From: Anthoceros angustus
Taxonomy: Eukaryota; Plantae; Anthocerotophyta
Direction of reading: 5' to 3'
Length of the DNA stretch: 64,000 bases
Assembly: GCA_010909165.1 (NCBI GenBank)
Contig: VJWM01000011.1
Coordinates: 806,001 to 870,000 of the forward strand
Part shown: one piece after another, positions 36,562 to 47,505 of the stretch
How the letters are laid out: every line of letters starts with the position of its first letter
Position numbering within the stretch: position 1 is the stretch's first letter
Translations under genes and position numbers: made by a program
The notes under the pieces: generated by a model
Told to the model about the DNA's origin: nothing
What the model saw: only the letters and a program-made list of their open reading frames with translations
Database searches by the model: none

Positions 36562-39168
36562 ATGGCCGGTTCGGAGGTGGCTGAGAGCAGGGGATTGCTG
36601 TGGAGACTGGGCTCGCTTCTCTCCAAGCTGCTGCTGCTTCTGTTCGTCGTCTACACTGTGCTCTGCATTCTTCTGGTTCCTGCAATACAGTTAGGCTTGC
36701 CTACTCCTCAGCAAATTGATGGGTCGCCGAACGAAGTCCTAGCCAATTTCTACGGTTGCGAACTGGCCGAATCTGCCCCAGGTCCGTTGCTTTCTCGCTG
36801 AAGCTGACAGAGAGTATCCCATCCATTGGTTCGATCCAGCATTGGATGCGTACGTCGTCTGATACTGTCAGCGCAATGCAGAGAGCTGTGTGGCAACAAA
36901 TGGACGGTTTTTCTTCGGGCTGGCTTCCTCTGCAGGTCAGGTGGAAGATAAGCTGAACGATTCATGGCTGGAGCTCGCTAAGGGGAACTCCGGGAAGGTG
37001 TGTAAGCTGGATTGCCTGCCGCATGTTTATTTTTTTCCCGATAGATTTGGCTGAACCTGCCATTGGGCAGTCTAGGTGCGAGCATGGAAGGGCATGGCAT
37101 TTGCAGAGGAGCGTTTACGGTTTTGGAGCGAGCCTGATGTGGATCTGCAGTTGGCTGGAGAGTCTGGTGCAACAGTTTTCCGGCTCAGCGTTGACTGGGG
37201 CCGCATTGTGACTGCCGAGCCTGTCAATGGCACGGACAATGTAGGTTGCCTTCCTGTCTCCTCCATCTGCAGTTGTCGGACATGTGTTAGAAATTGCTAA
37301 CAAACTGTGGTACTGGTTGTGGAAGGTGGATTGGGAAGCAGTGGAGCATTACAGGCATATCCTTAGGCGGGTTCATGCGCACGGTATGCGTGTCATGTTA
37401 ACTCTCTTCCATTTCGCTCTTCCCAAGTGGGTCATCTCCCTCGGTGGCTGGACTGACCCTCGAACAGCCACCTTCTTCGCATCATTTACCAAGTCAGGTT
37501 TCGGAACCACAAGTAAAAGTCTTATCAATCTCATTCCATGCTCACAGCTTTGAGCTCTTGTTGCGCTGCCGATCCTGCTTTGCCAGTGCCGCTTTCATGA
37601 CTCCACTTGTGTTCAGGCTGGCAAAAACGCATTTCGGGGAGTATGTGGACTACTGGGTTACGTTCAATGAACCCAATATATTCGTGATCTTCACGCACTG
37701 CACGGGATCGTTTCCTCCTGGTGCCCAACTTTCTCTCATCTCACCTGCACTTTGCGTGGCTCCGTTTGGAGCGTATGGCAAGGCAATGGCTACAATCAAT
37801 AAGGCACACAGAGAGGCGTATGGGATCTTACATGAAGGGTGATGCTCGATAAGCTGGCTTAGCAGATGACTGACCTTCTCGGAAGCTGGTTCGATATGAC
37901 TGTTCTCCCTGGAAGCTTTGACAGCAGGTGTTGCTCTACTTTGCAGAAACACATCAGCTCCCGTGGGAGTGGCACACTTTGCAGCAGTGGTTAGGCCCTA
38001 CGGAATACTGGAAACGCCAGCAGCCGTTGTACTGAGATATGTTCTTGGCTACAACTGGATTGATCAGATTCAGGACAGCCTGGACTTCTGTGGCATCAAC
38101 TATTATGGACGGGTTAGTTTCCTGTTCCCTGCGCTACTCTGTAGAGCACCGGTGGCTGCTAAATCTTTGGTGCCCTTGTCCACTGTCTCCTGAAATAGGA
38201 AGTTCTATCACTGGCTGGGTTGATGATTGACGAGGATGAGGAGTACAGTGAGGCTGGGCGCGGCCTTTATCCAGGTGGTCTTTTTGAGGTTCTCACCTCA
38301 TTCCATCAGCGTTACAGACAACGTCGTCCCGGTCTCAGGTTTGTTGTCACAGAGAATGGGATAGGGGACTCTCGGGACCTCCTCCGCAGACCCTTCATCA
38401 TAGAGCACCTGCTTGCCGTTTCTGCCGCCAGAGAACAGGTTGGTTGATTTTCTGGTGACGTGTGCAGCTGAGGTGCATCCCCTGGTTTTGTTCCTGATGT
38501 GTCTCATGCTGGCTGTAGGGGGTTCCAGTGGACGGCTATATCTACTGGACAATTTCTGACAACTGGGAATGGATTGATGGATACTGCCCCAAATTTGGCT
38601 TGGTTTCTGTAAACCGTGCAAACAACTTGAGCAGGAGTCCAAGACCTTCGTATTATTTATACCAGCGAGTATGCTCTTACATTCCTTCCTCCATTCGCAC
38701 GGATTCTCGTTGACGTGACCCCCAGAAGCAAAGTCCAGTTGATCGCTGTTTTGGGTGAAGTTGTCCAGGACGGGAGTCATCACTCAGCAACAACGGCGGG
38801 AGGAATGGGAGACGCTACAAAACGCCAGACGAAGGGGTGGATTGCGGCCCTTCTGCCGATTTTATGACTCGTTGAATATCGCAGGAGTTGGTAAGCTTTT
38901 CTCACTGCATGGTTTGCAAGGGTGTGCCGCAGGGCTGTGCCAACAGTTAACTTGGATCTCCTTCAACGTTGGTTTTGCAGAGAGCCGAGACTCACCGATC
39001 CTGCGCCCATTCGCTGAAAAGGACTGGCGTTTTGGCATGCACCTGTCGCGAGGTTACCGTGAATATTGCTGGAGGTCAGTCAGACTGGTGTCATCCCTTG
39101 TCACAAGAAGTGTGACAAGGATCACTGCTGGTGCTTCCAAGGTGCCAACGGAACGTACTGAGCTCTGA
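36562..39168 (+). CDS. SFR2: GH1 family SFR2-like galactolipid galactosyltransferase
   Basis: EERLRFWSEPD, VFRLSVDWGRI, WVTFNEP, GINYYG, YSEAGRGLYP, VTENG, WTISDNWEW, PKFGLV, KDWRFG. Confidence 0.87.
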
Positions 39169-39300
39169 ACTTGTACCAAAGAAATTGCAACAATTGCATG
39201 CATAGTCCCCACCAAATTGGCCACCGATGTGCACCATTTCCTGGAAACTGCCCTCCATTTTGTGGATGGCAGGCAGTGAAAATAAAACTTTCTTCCTCTT

Positions 39301-39389
39301 TCTTCTTTCTTCTTCTTTCTTCTTCTTTCTTCTTCTTTCTTCTTCTTTCTTCTTCTTTCTTCTTCTTTCTTCTTCTTTCTTCTTCTTTC
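39301..39389. repeat. (TCTTCTTTCT)n, about 9 units
   Basis: Seen directly. Confidence 0.95.
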
Positions 39390-40701
39390 GCTGAGAAAAT
39401 TCCTTCCACTTCTCAACGTTGCTGCTCCCTGGCATTCGCACACTGCACAGAAATCGATGGGAACGCCTCTAACCGACTTCCCACGACAATCTACGTGCAT
39501 GGCATGGCAGCGGCAGCCGGGAATCTGGGGCTCTTTGTCTTCGCGTGCTCTGTCCCTGCTGTCGTGTTGACAAGCCAATTGGACAAGAGTCCTCAGCTGC
39601 TGCCACTTCCATCGTCATGCTGCAACAGCTCAAACAAAAAACCGCAGCAAACTGAAACCGGCAGCAGCGTGCTTGCATTGATCCGCCTGCTTTCTTTGCG
39701 TAAATGGCCATTTTCACAGCTTACAAAGCAACCAGATGAGGCCCAGATGATGATACAGAGAATGATAACTTAGAGCACATTCCCACATACAGTGATCCCA
39801 GATAGAGGGCAGGATCCAACGCATATTGGCCTCGGGGAGCGCATCGATCATGTCGTCCAGCCATTTTTTTCCGGACGATCTTGGACCTGCAGAGCTCGTG
39901 ACTGAAGGACAGGTTTCTGTACACAAAAATTTGGAATTTATAGCAGAGAGTAGTATGCTTTCCAAGCAATTCAGCGCAATCGGCGTGATTCGGCTTTCCT
40001 AGTAATTCGGCGTAATTAGGGATTAGGTGTAATGCTACTTTCCCAATAATACGGCTTCATTTTTGGCATCTGGAGTGCCTGGATGCGGGGTCGTCTAGAA
40101 AAGTGGAAAGTGTGAGGATGCAGGCTCGCTATTCCTGATGTGGTAGTACTCGGGTTCTTGTGGCAACCGGTGCACAGGAATACCCATCAAGTCTGTTAGA
40201 GTATTCTGGATGCAGCTACCCAACGAGGAACAGTAACCATCCGAAACCACAGCAGCGGGTGATGACATTCTTGGACGAAATCGTTGCAACGAACATGTAG
40301 GATCCCTTGTAAGTTACCTAGTCTGCCATTGTGGGACCACCAGATAAAGAATACCAGTGCCTACCGCACCGCATTGAACGTATCTCAACCGAAGAATGGG
40401 AAGGGACAAACCCCAGTCCACGACCTGCTTCTCACTCACCATCTGCACCATGATGTCGGCACAAATAGCAACCACTACAAGTATGATGAAACTGGCCATC
40501 GTCGACGAGAAGCAGCGTGCTTGCATTGATGTACCTGCTTTCGTTGCAGTAAATCGCCACTTTCACTTCCACTCCAGAGCAGGCATTGTCATGTCGACGC
40601 ATTGTACTTCTGAGAAGAGTATATCAAACTTCACCCGTGCCCGCTCCTCAACAGTCTCACCTCAAAATGGAGAGAGACGCAGCTGAAGTGGCTTTATTCA
40701 C

Positions 40702-41584
40702 CTACTGGCCGCTGTGGACAGCCTCCCACGAGTACAGGAACTCCACCATCTCCTCACCACCCCATTCTGCAGACAGACATACAGAGGAGTTCAAAATCCA
40801 CATCTCTCTCCTTACAAGGTGCAAGGAGCTACAATTTCAGAAAGCATATACAAGGAATAACAGCACAAACACACACCCATTGCATAGTCCATGACTGTTC
40901 CCTTGTCATTGCTTTCAGCTCGGATGTCGGCACCATGATCCAGCAGAATTTTGGCGATAGGAACGTGGCCTCTCAGGCAAGCCAGCTGCACAAACGTCCA
41001 CCACAAGCAGGCACCGTTAGCAGCAACAATTGCAATACAACATACTCGCCATACTCAACATCTGCCAGCATGCAAGCACATAAAGGCAGTTGTAGGAATC
41101 GCACCTGCAGAGCTGTGTTGCCACTCTCATTGCGAATCTCCGTGGAGGCGCCTGCCTTGAGCAAAGCCTCCACAACGTCAGCGTGCCCGTAGAAGGAGGC
41201 CAACTGGAGAGCCGTCCATCCTGCCTTGCTCTCGCTGGGCAAGTTCACCTGCACATCCTTGGAACCTAGCAACGACTGCACCAGCGTCAGGTCCCCTCCC
41301 TTGGCCGCGTCCTTGAGCTGCTCGTTGCGCTGGGTGGAGTCTGTGAGCGAGGCGGAGCAGGGCCTGGCCGCATTCAGGCCTGCTGTCCTGCTGCTGCTTC
41401 TCTTCACGCCCGGCTGCATGCACGTGCCAGCTCCATTTGCCAGGGTTAGGCCAGCCAGCTCCTGCGAGAGCCTGAGGCTAAGCCTGGGCAAGCCAAGGCT
41501 CTCACGGCCTGCCTGCCAATTGCTCTTCGAGTTCCAACACAATGTGGCAGACGAGGACACGCAATTCAACTGTGCAGATGCCAT
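40702..41584 (-). CDS. Ankyrin-repeat protein with a putative plastid transit peptide (3 exons)
   Basis: LKDAAKGGDL, GWTALQLASFYGHADVVEALLKAGA, GNTALQ-LACLRGHVPIAKILLDHGADI. Confidence 0.88.
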
Positions 41585-43426
41585 GTCTGTCTGTTGCCGG
41601 AATAATCTGACGACAATCCGCGCCCCTCCCGCCCCACAAAGATCTCGCCTCCTGCCCTCGCGGCTTCCTCACACTCACATTCATCCTTAAGCACGCAAGT
41701 TTATCCCTCGGCAAAAACGAAGCCAGGCCGCCAACACAACTGTCATTCTCGCGGCACAACGCTGTGGGACTCAGTTGCGTCTGGTGGTTTAGCTTAGCCC
41801 TTTGCACGGGGCAAGGCACTGTAGAGATGTTTGGGTCCGGCCTTCCTGGTGCTGGGCAGGGCTTGCTGGGGAGCATCGAAGATGCTGTTGTTGTGGTGCA
41901 TTGGAATGATAGTATCTCCTCCGACAGTGTGAAGCAGGGGGCTTGGTGTGTGCAACCTCATATCCCTGATGTTGGTGATGGTGATGCTGCATGGCGGATC
42001 AGGAAGGACTGGCAGCGTTTCTGAGGATCATGCTGTGGGCTCTTCAGGCAAACCAGAGAGAACAGAGAGTACAGATGGTTGCGTTCGGAGAGAGAGCCAA
42101 GACAGCAGTCATGGAAGCACGGGCTTGCCTAGGGATGTGATTGAAACCCTTATGCATGCGCATCTTTCCAGAAACTTATGGATCACCTGGATCGATGTGC
42201 AATCTCTCTCTCCTTACAGCAGACAAGGCTTTCAGGCAGCACAGGCGGTAGGGAAGTGGAAGTTGGTACAAACAAAGTGTACTAACTCAAGAAGATGTAT
42301 TCAACAGACGATCATTCCGGTGGCTGTGAGTATGGAATGCTCCTTTTGTTTTTGAGATCCCCTGTGTGACCCCGGCTCACATGTGGACTGACATGTGCTC
42401 AAGTCAGTAATACATTATCTTTGCAAAACTTCTCCTCATTCTAGAGCTGCAATACAACACAGGTGCCACTCCATTCAGAAGTCCATACCAGTCGATGAGT
42501 AACAATTCCTGTTTGAAGAACACCGACCATGTTCTGTATGTATGGGAATGAATCTGTTCCTCATGTCCCTTCTTCCCATTCTGCAAAGGTGACAGGACAC
42601 CGAGCGGTTTCTGATGCAATGCGTGATCGCCACGAATCTGACTTGCTCAGGTGTGCAAGGAGACTGGAATTCTGTCATCTACTTTTGTGGTTGAAACCTG
42701 TACAAGACCAATTTGTGGTGTGAAATTGTGAAACATTTCCAGATGCACAAGCACATGTTCGTGTGCAGGTGAAGGATGACCTCGCGCTCGAAACTCCCCA
42801 TCTGTTACCATGTTTACCTTACACAATTCCAAGTTCCCGAACCAAGCCATTCTGGTATTGGCTCCTGCTCGTCATCCAAATACCACGCCTTGTCAGCACT
42901 ACCACCCTCTTGGCCAGCTCCAGCAGCACCTGGCCTCCATCGCAACGTGTTCCTCGTAATGTGTAGAAATCCCTCTCCTTTGTCACCAAACTGAGAATCG
43001 GGAAGCGTGCCTGAAGCAGCCTTTGGAATCGGAGCTCCTCGACAGCATCTCAAACAGCATCTTCCACTCAAGGCCGGCAAATGCAGCAAAAAGAGGCCCA
43101 GTGGGCAGCAGGAAAAGGCCCTGCGGGCGGCAGAGACTAGGTTAACATTGCTGCAGCGCATTCACAGTCCCCCGAGCTCCAGACTTGACACCAACTTGCA
43201 GGATGGACTACATGCATCCAGACACAGGATTTGGGTATGTGCACGCGCACGTCTCTTAAACGCGCCCGTCTCTAGAACAGCAGCACCCATGCGATGCTCC
43301 GAACAATGCCACCAATGCTTGTCCCGCGTGTTCCCAGGGGCCATGAAACTTTGATATCTTTGCAAACCGCCCGCCAGAGCTCGCTGATCGAGGCTCCCTC
43401 CAGCTGTTGAAGGGATGGCCTCATAA

Positions 43427-45481
43427 ATGAGCCTGCTTATGTATCAGCTTGCAAGCAGAGTGATGAGCCTGCAGCTTCAACAAAATTACATCATGATGAT
43501 GAACTGCTCATCGAGCGGGACACGGTCACCATATTCCATCGTCTTGCTGCTGCTCTTGCTGGCTGGCCTCAGCCAGGTCTCTTTTAGCAGTTCCCCTGGA
43601 CAGGTGAGATCATTTTTTCGCTTTCAAGGCTTGGCTTCCGCACTCGTTGGGGCTTCACGTCTCACAAAATCTGCTGGCTGTCGGCACTGGCAGTGGAAGA
43701 ATCACGGGGGCGTACCGAAAAACCAGCGGCATGTCCATCCCATCAATCCCTCCAACCAGGTGAGATCATGCAATCCGCTTCCGAGGTTTTTTTGCTTCCA
43801 CATTTCTGTGACTTCACCTCACACATGTACCAATGCAACAACGCTGGCTGGTGGCTGCTGGCTGCTGGCAGTGGCCGAACCACGGAGGCGGACTGAAAAA
43901 CCAGCGGCATGCGTGCCCCGACTCCAAAATCAGCACCGCAAACGCCAAGAATCTGAAGCGGAAATGGGCTTTCGTAGCCGGCGGGTCCATCACAGCCACA
44001 CCCGCCATCTACGACGGCACCCTTTACTTCCCCAGCTGGAACGGGATGCTGTACGCGGTTCGCGAGAGGGACGGCTCCCTCCTGTGGTCCAAGAATGTAA
44101 CGCTCCTGGGCGGAGTGTTCGACCCGGTCATCTCGCAGCTCTTCTTCGGCCTGAACTGGACTGTGGCCAGGGCCACTCCAGTGGTAAGCGGGGACGTCCT
44201 CCTGGTGGGCACATACGGCCCGGCCTACATCCTGGGCATCAATCGGCACACCGGGAGCCTCCTCTGGTCCACGCAGCTCGACTCCGCCGTCGCAGCCATC
44301 GTCACCCAGTCAGGAGTCGCCTACAAAGGGTGCAGGAGATTCCTTCTCCTTGTGACGAAATTCCAATCCCCCAGTGCCCAACAACATGCAGACTGATCCA
44401 CGTTGTGGGTGCTGATGCAATGCAGATTCTACTACGTGGGAGTGTCGTCCCAGCAGGAAGACACGCCCCCCGAGCTCTGCTGCACCTTCATCGGGAAGCT
44501 CCTGAAGCTCAACGTCGCGACGGGGGCGGTGGTGTGGAGGACCCTCATGCTGCCCGACAACGGGGGGAAGAAGGGGCTGTACAGCGGGGCGTCCATCTGG
44601 GGCAGCAGCCCGGCCATCGACGATGCGCGGGGCCTGGTGTACATCGCCACGGGGAACGTGTACTCCGTGCCCCCCGACATCGAGGCCTGCGCGGGGCAGC
44701 AGGAGCTGTCCCCCCAGCTCCCGGACCCCTGCCTGCGCCCGGAGAACCACGGCAACTCGGTGCTGGCGCTGCGGCTGGACGACGGCACCGTCCACTGGGC
44801 CAGATCGTTGGGTCCCTACGACGCCTGGACCATCTCCTGCTTCCTCCACCCCCGAACTGCCCGCCGGCCCGGCGCTGGACTACGACTTCGGGAGGCGCCC
44901 ATGCTCGTCACGGCCGCCGACAGGCTCGCGCATGGCCCGCGCACCTTCCGCGACACTGTGGTGGCGGCGCAGAAGAGCGGGACGGTCTGGGGTTGGATCC
45001 TGAATCCGGGGCCATTCTGTGGAGCACGGTGGCGGGGCCAGGGGTCGCTGGGGGCTTCGTGGGGTCGGCCACGGACGGGGAGCGGGTCTACACCAACATC
45101 GTGAACAACGACGGCAGGAATTTCACGCTGCTGCCGTCCAGCGTTGTGACGAAAGGGGGAGGGTGGGTGGCCATGGACGCGCTCACCGGGAAGGTGATCT
45201 GGTCCACACCTACCCCCAACGGGAGCCCGGCCTTCGGGCCTGTCACCGTCGTGAATGGCGTTCTGCTGGTCACGTCCGGGAGCCCGGATGTGTACGCCTT
45301 GGACGCTGCGACGGGGGATTTTCTGTGGCATTCCCCCGTCCATGGCAGGACCGTGTCCGGCGGCTTCTCCGTCTCCGGCGACTGCGCCTACGTGGGAGAA
45401 GGCCGGTTTGCCGTCTTCGACGGGACGCGCTTCGTCGCTGACATCACCTCCGGCACCACCCTTTCCGCCTTCTGCGTCTAA
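43427..45481 (+). CDS. Secreted PQQ-type beta-propeller ('polyvinyl alcohol dehydrogenase-like'), frameshifted in this assembly
   Basis: Signal peptide, WPNHGG..NQR, ITATPAI, YFPSWNG, IWGSSPAID, VYIATGN, DYDFG-EAPML, AQKSG; 1-bp deletions in homopolymers at ~44850-45060. Confidence 0.85.
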   Translation: MSLLMYQLASRVMSLQLQQNYIMMMNCSSSGTRSPYSIVLLLLLLAGLSQVSFSSSPGQVRSFFRFQGLASALVGASRLTKSAGCRHWQWKNHGGVPKNQRHVHPINPSNQVRSCNPLPRFFCFHISVTSPHTCTNATTLAGGCWLLAVAEPRRRTEKPAACVPRLQNQHRKRQESEAEMGFRSRRVHHSHTRHLRRHPLLPQLERDAVRGSREGRLPPVVQECNAPGRSVRPGHLAALLRPELDCGQGHSSGKRGRPPGGHIRPGLHPGHQSAHREPPLVHAARLRRRSHRHPVRSRLQRVQEIPSPCDEIPIPQCPTTCRLIHVVGADAMQILLRGSVVPAGRHAPRALLHLHREAPEAQRRDGGGGVEDPHAARQRGEEGAVQRGVHLGQQPGHRRCAGPGVHRHGERVLRAPRHRGLRGAAGAVPPAPGPLPAPGEPRQLGAGAAAGRRHRPLGQIVGSLRRLDHLLLPPPPNCPPARRWTTTSGGAHARHGRRQARAWPAHLPRHCGGGAEERDGLGLDPESGAILWSTVAGPGVAGGFVGSATDGERVYTNIVNNDGRNFTLLPSSVVTKGGGWVAMDALTGKVIWSTPTPNGSPAFGPVTVVNGVLLVTSGSPDVYALDAATGDFLWHSPVHGRTVSGGFSVSGDCAYVGEGRFAVFDGTRFVADITSGTTLSAFCV

Positions 45482-45739
45482 AACATCTCTTCCACCAAGG
45501 CGAGGTTCCATCCCTCACTTGCATGTGAAATCGCAGTTAGGGTTGGTCCATCGTCTCATAACCGCCAGTGTTCTCAGGAGGCTTTGCTTCCAATGCAACC
45601 TCTTCGAAGAGCCTCGAATTTGCGGGGGGCGGGGAGTGGAAATCAAAGGGCCGGGACAGCCATGGAACACTACCGCCCCAGTGTATGCTACAGCCTCAGC
45701 CGCACACAGCCTTCGTTCATATTAACTGGGAGGCAGCAT

Positions 45740-46290
45740 GAGCATGAGCAGATGGCACCTTCTTGCATCTGGGGCGAGAAGCCCATCAAGTTTACAAGAG
45801 CATTACCACGCGCCCAACTCCTCCGTCCTCGGTGTCGTCCTCCTTTGACATGGATCCAGGTCCAGGTGAGAGTTTCTACAAGTTGGGCATGGACTGCCAG
45901 GTAAATGTGATCACAGCATCTGTTGTAAATATGGACAGGGAGAATCGGTACGTGCTCCTGTCCGCCGGTAGGTATGTTCCCTTCGATTCTCTCATTCTCA
46001 CAACCGGACTGCAAGATCAAACCAAGTAAAAGGTCAAACAGGCTGGGGACTGCAAGCATGTTGTCCGAGCTGAAGACCTTGTCTGTCCTGGGACAGACGA
46101 GCTAGCTCCTAAGGCTAGGGCGAGCTTGTTGTGCGATATGGATCGTCTTTGGAGGTCTTCGATGTGATATATATGCGGCTTAGTAGAGGAATAGAAGGCA
46201 AAAACATCATTCTCATATGCCCCGATTCCAAAGCATTCTAGAACATGGACGATAGGACCGTGTACGCACTTGCGGGCGTAGAGGTAGCGC
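45740..46290 (+). pseudogene. CFAP61/FAP61 fragment (FAD/NAD-like domain)
   Basis: LGMDCQVNVITASVVNMDRENRYVLL...VPFDSLILTTGLQDQT, stop, frameshift, then YGSSLEVFDVI...GIEGKNIILICP. Confidence 0.65.
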
Positions 46291-46592
46291 TGCCCGTAAC
46301 AAGAACACTTAAATATTTTTTAAGTGTTTTGATATTTAAATATTAAAATAAAATAGAGTTTTCATATATATCTATTACCACGACATAATCGGGGTGGTAA
46401 TAGCTAGGGGTTGGCTAGCTCTTGGCCCTTTATTGGGTTATGGGTTCGGGGTAGTTGGGTTTTCTTATCTCTTTTTTTACTAAAGTCTGCATTGTTCTTC
46501 CATATATATCTATTGAAATGTCAAAGAACGTGACGTGTTGAAACACAAGCTCGTGCCTTTTTTCCTATCCAGGCCAGACTCTATGTGAGGGC

Positions 46593-46763
46593 TGGGATTA
46601 ATGGAGCGCATGCTACTAAGTAAACACGCCTCCGCACTTTTGAATGGACCTCATGCCCCCACCCTATCTAGACCAAACTGTATGTCCTTAAGGTATGGGA
46701 TTAATGGAGCGTGTGCTACAAGTAACACGCCTCTGCACTTTTGAATGGACGTCATGCCCCCAC
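46593..46763. repeat. ~68-bp direct repeat pair
   Basis: tgggattaatggagcg...cacttttgaatggac.tcatgcccccac at 46593-46662 and 46696-46763. Confidence 0.85.
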
Positions 46764-47027
46764 TGAAATCCACGAAAGTAACTTGTACCAAATTCCACCA
46801 AATTTAAAATACTCCCACCTACAGTACCCCCACCAAAAACACCCCATAAAAGAGCACCCCTCTCCCACCAAAAAAAGCCCCCTCCACTCTCGCACCACTC
46901 CACTCCTCATAAAAATAGAATATGTTTTACACCCTCATCTACAACCCTGCAGCTAGGCCACCAAATTTAGAACTTTGCTTACACTTTATGATGTCATTTA
47001 TACTTTACAACGTAATTTAAAACATAC

Positions 47028-47261
47028 GAGCCACGTCATCTATCCCTTGTTACAAATGAACTCCAATCATAGTTTTTAGATTAATAATAATAATAATAAA
47101 GAGTTTTAAAGAAATAAAGATCAAATTTTAATTTACACATAATCTACAACATGGGAGCCACGTAATAGATCCCCTTTTACAAATGAACCCCAATCATAGT
47201 TTTTAAATTATTATTATTATTGTTATTATTATTAAAGAGTTTTGAAGAAAATAGTTTTTAG

Positions 47262-47294
<33 letters not shown>

Positions 47295-47505
47295 GAGTTT
47301 TAAAGAAATAAAGATCAAATTTTAATTTACAAATAATCTACAACATGGGAGCCACGTAATAGATCCCCTTTTACAAATGAACCCCAATCATAGTTTTTAA
47401 ATTATTATTATTGTTATTATTATTAAAGAGTTTTGAAGAAATACATATCAAATTTTGAGACAAATTTTTTACAACGTAATCTGCAAAAAGAGAGGCACGT
47501 CATCA
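47028..47505. repeat. AT-rich tandem array of 3 units (~127-195 bp), each starting GAGCCACGT, with (AAT)n or (ATT)n tracts
   Basis: Units begin near 47028, 47155 and 47349. Confidence 0.85.

Noticed and set aside
39054-39773. Lys/Arg/Glu-rich and Phe/Ser-rich ORFs
   Set aside because: Translations of the (TCTTCTTTCT)n repeat.
41950-43150. CFAP61 N-terminal remnant
   Set aside because: Only vague motif resemblance, not supportable without an alignment; kept only as a test within a finding.
43427-45481. The 684-aa ORF as a real single protein
   Set aside because: It reads through introns and the wrong frame; only its two ends match the spliced PQQ protein.
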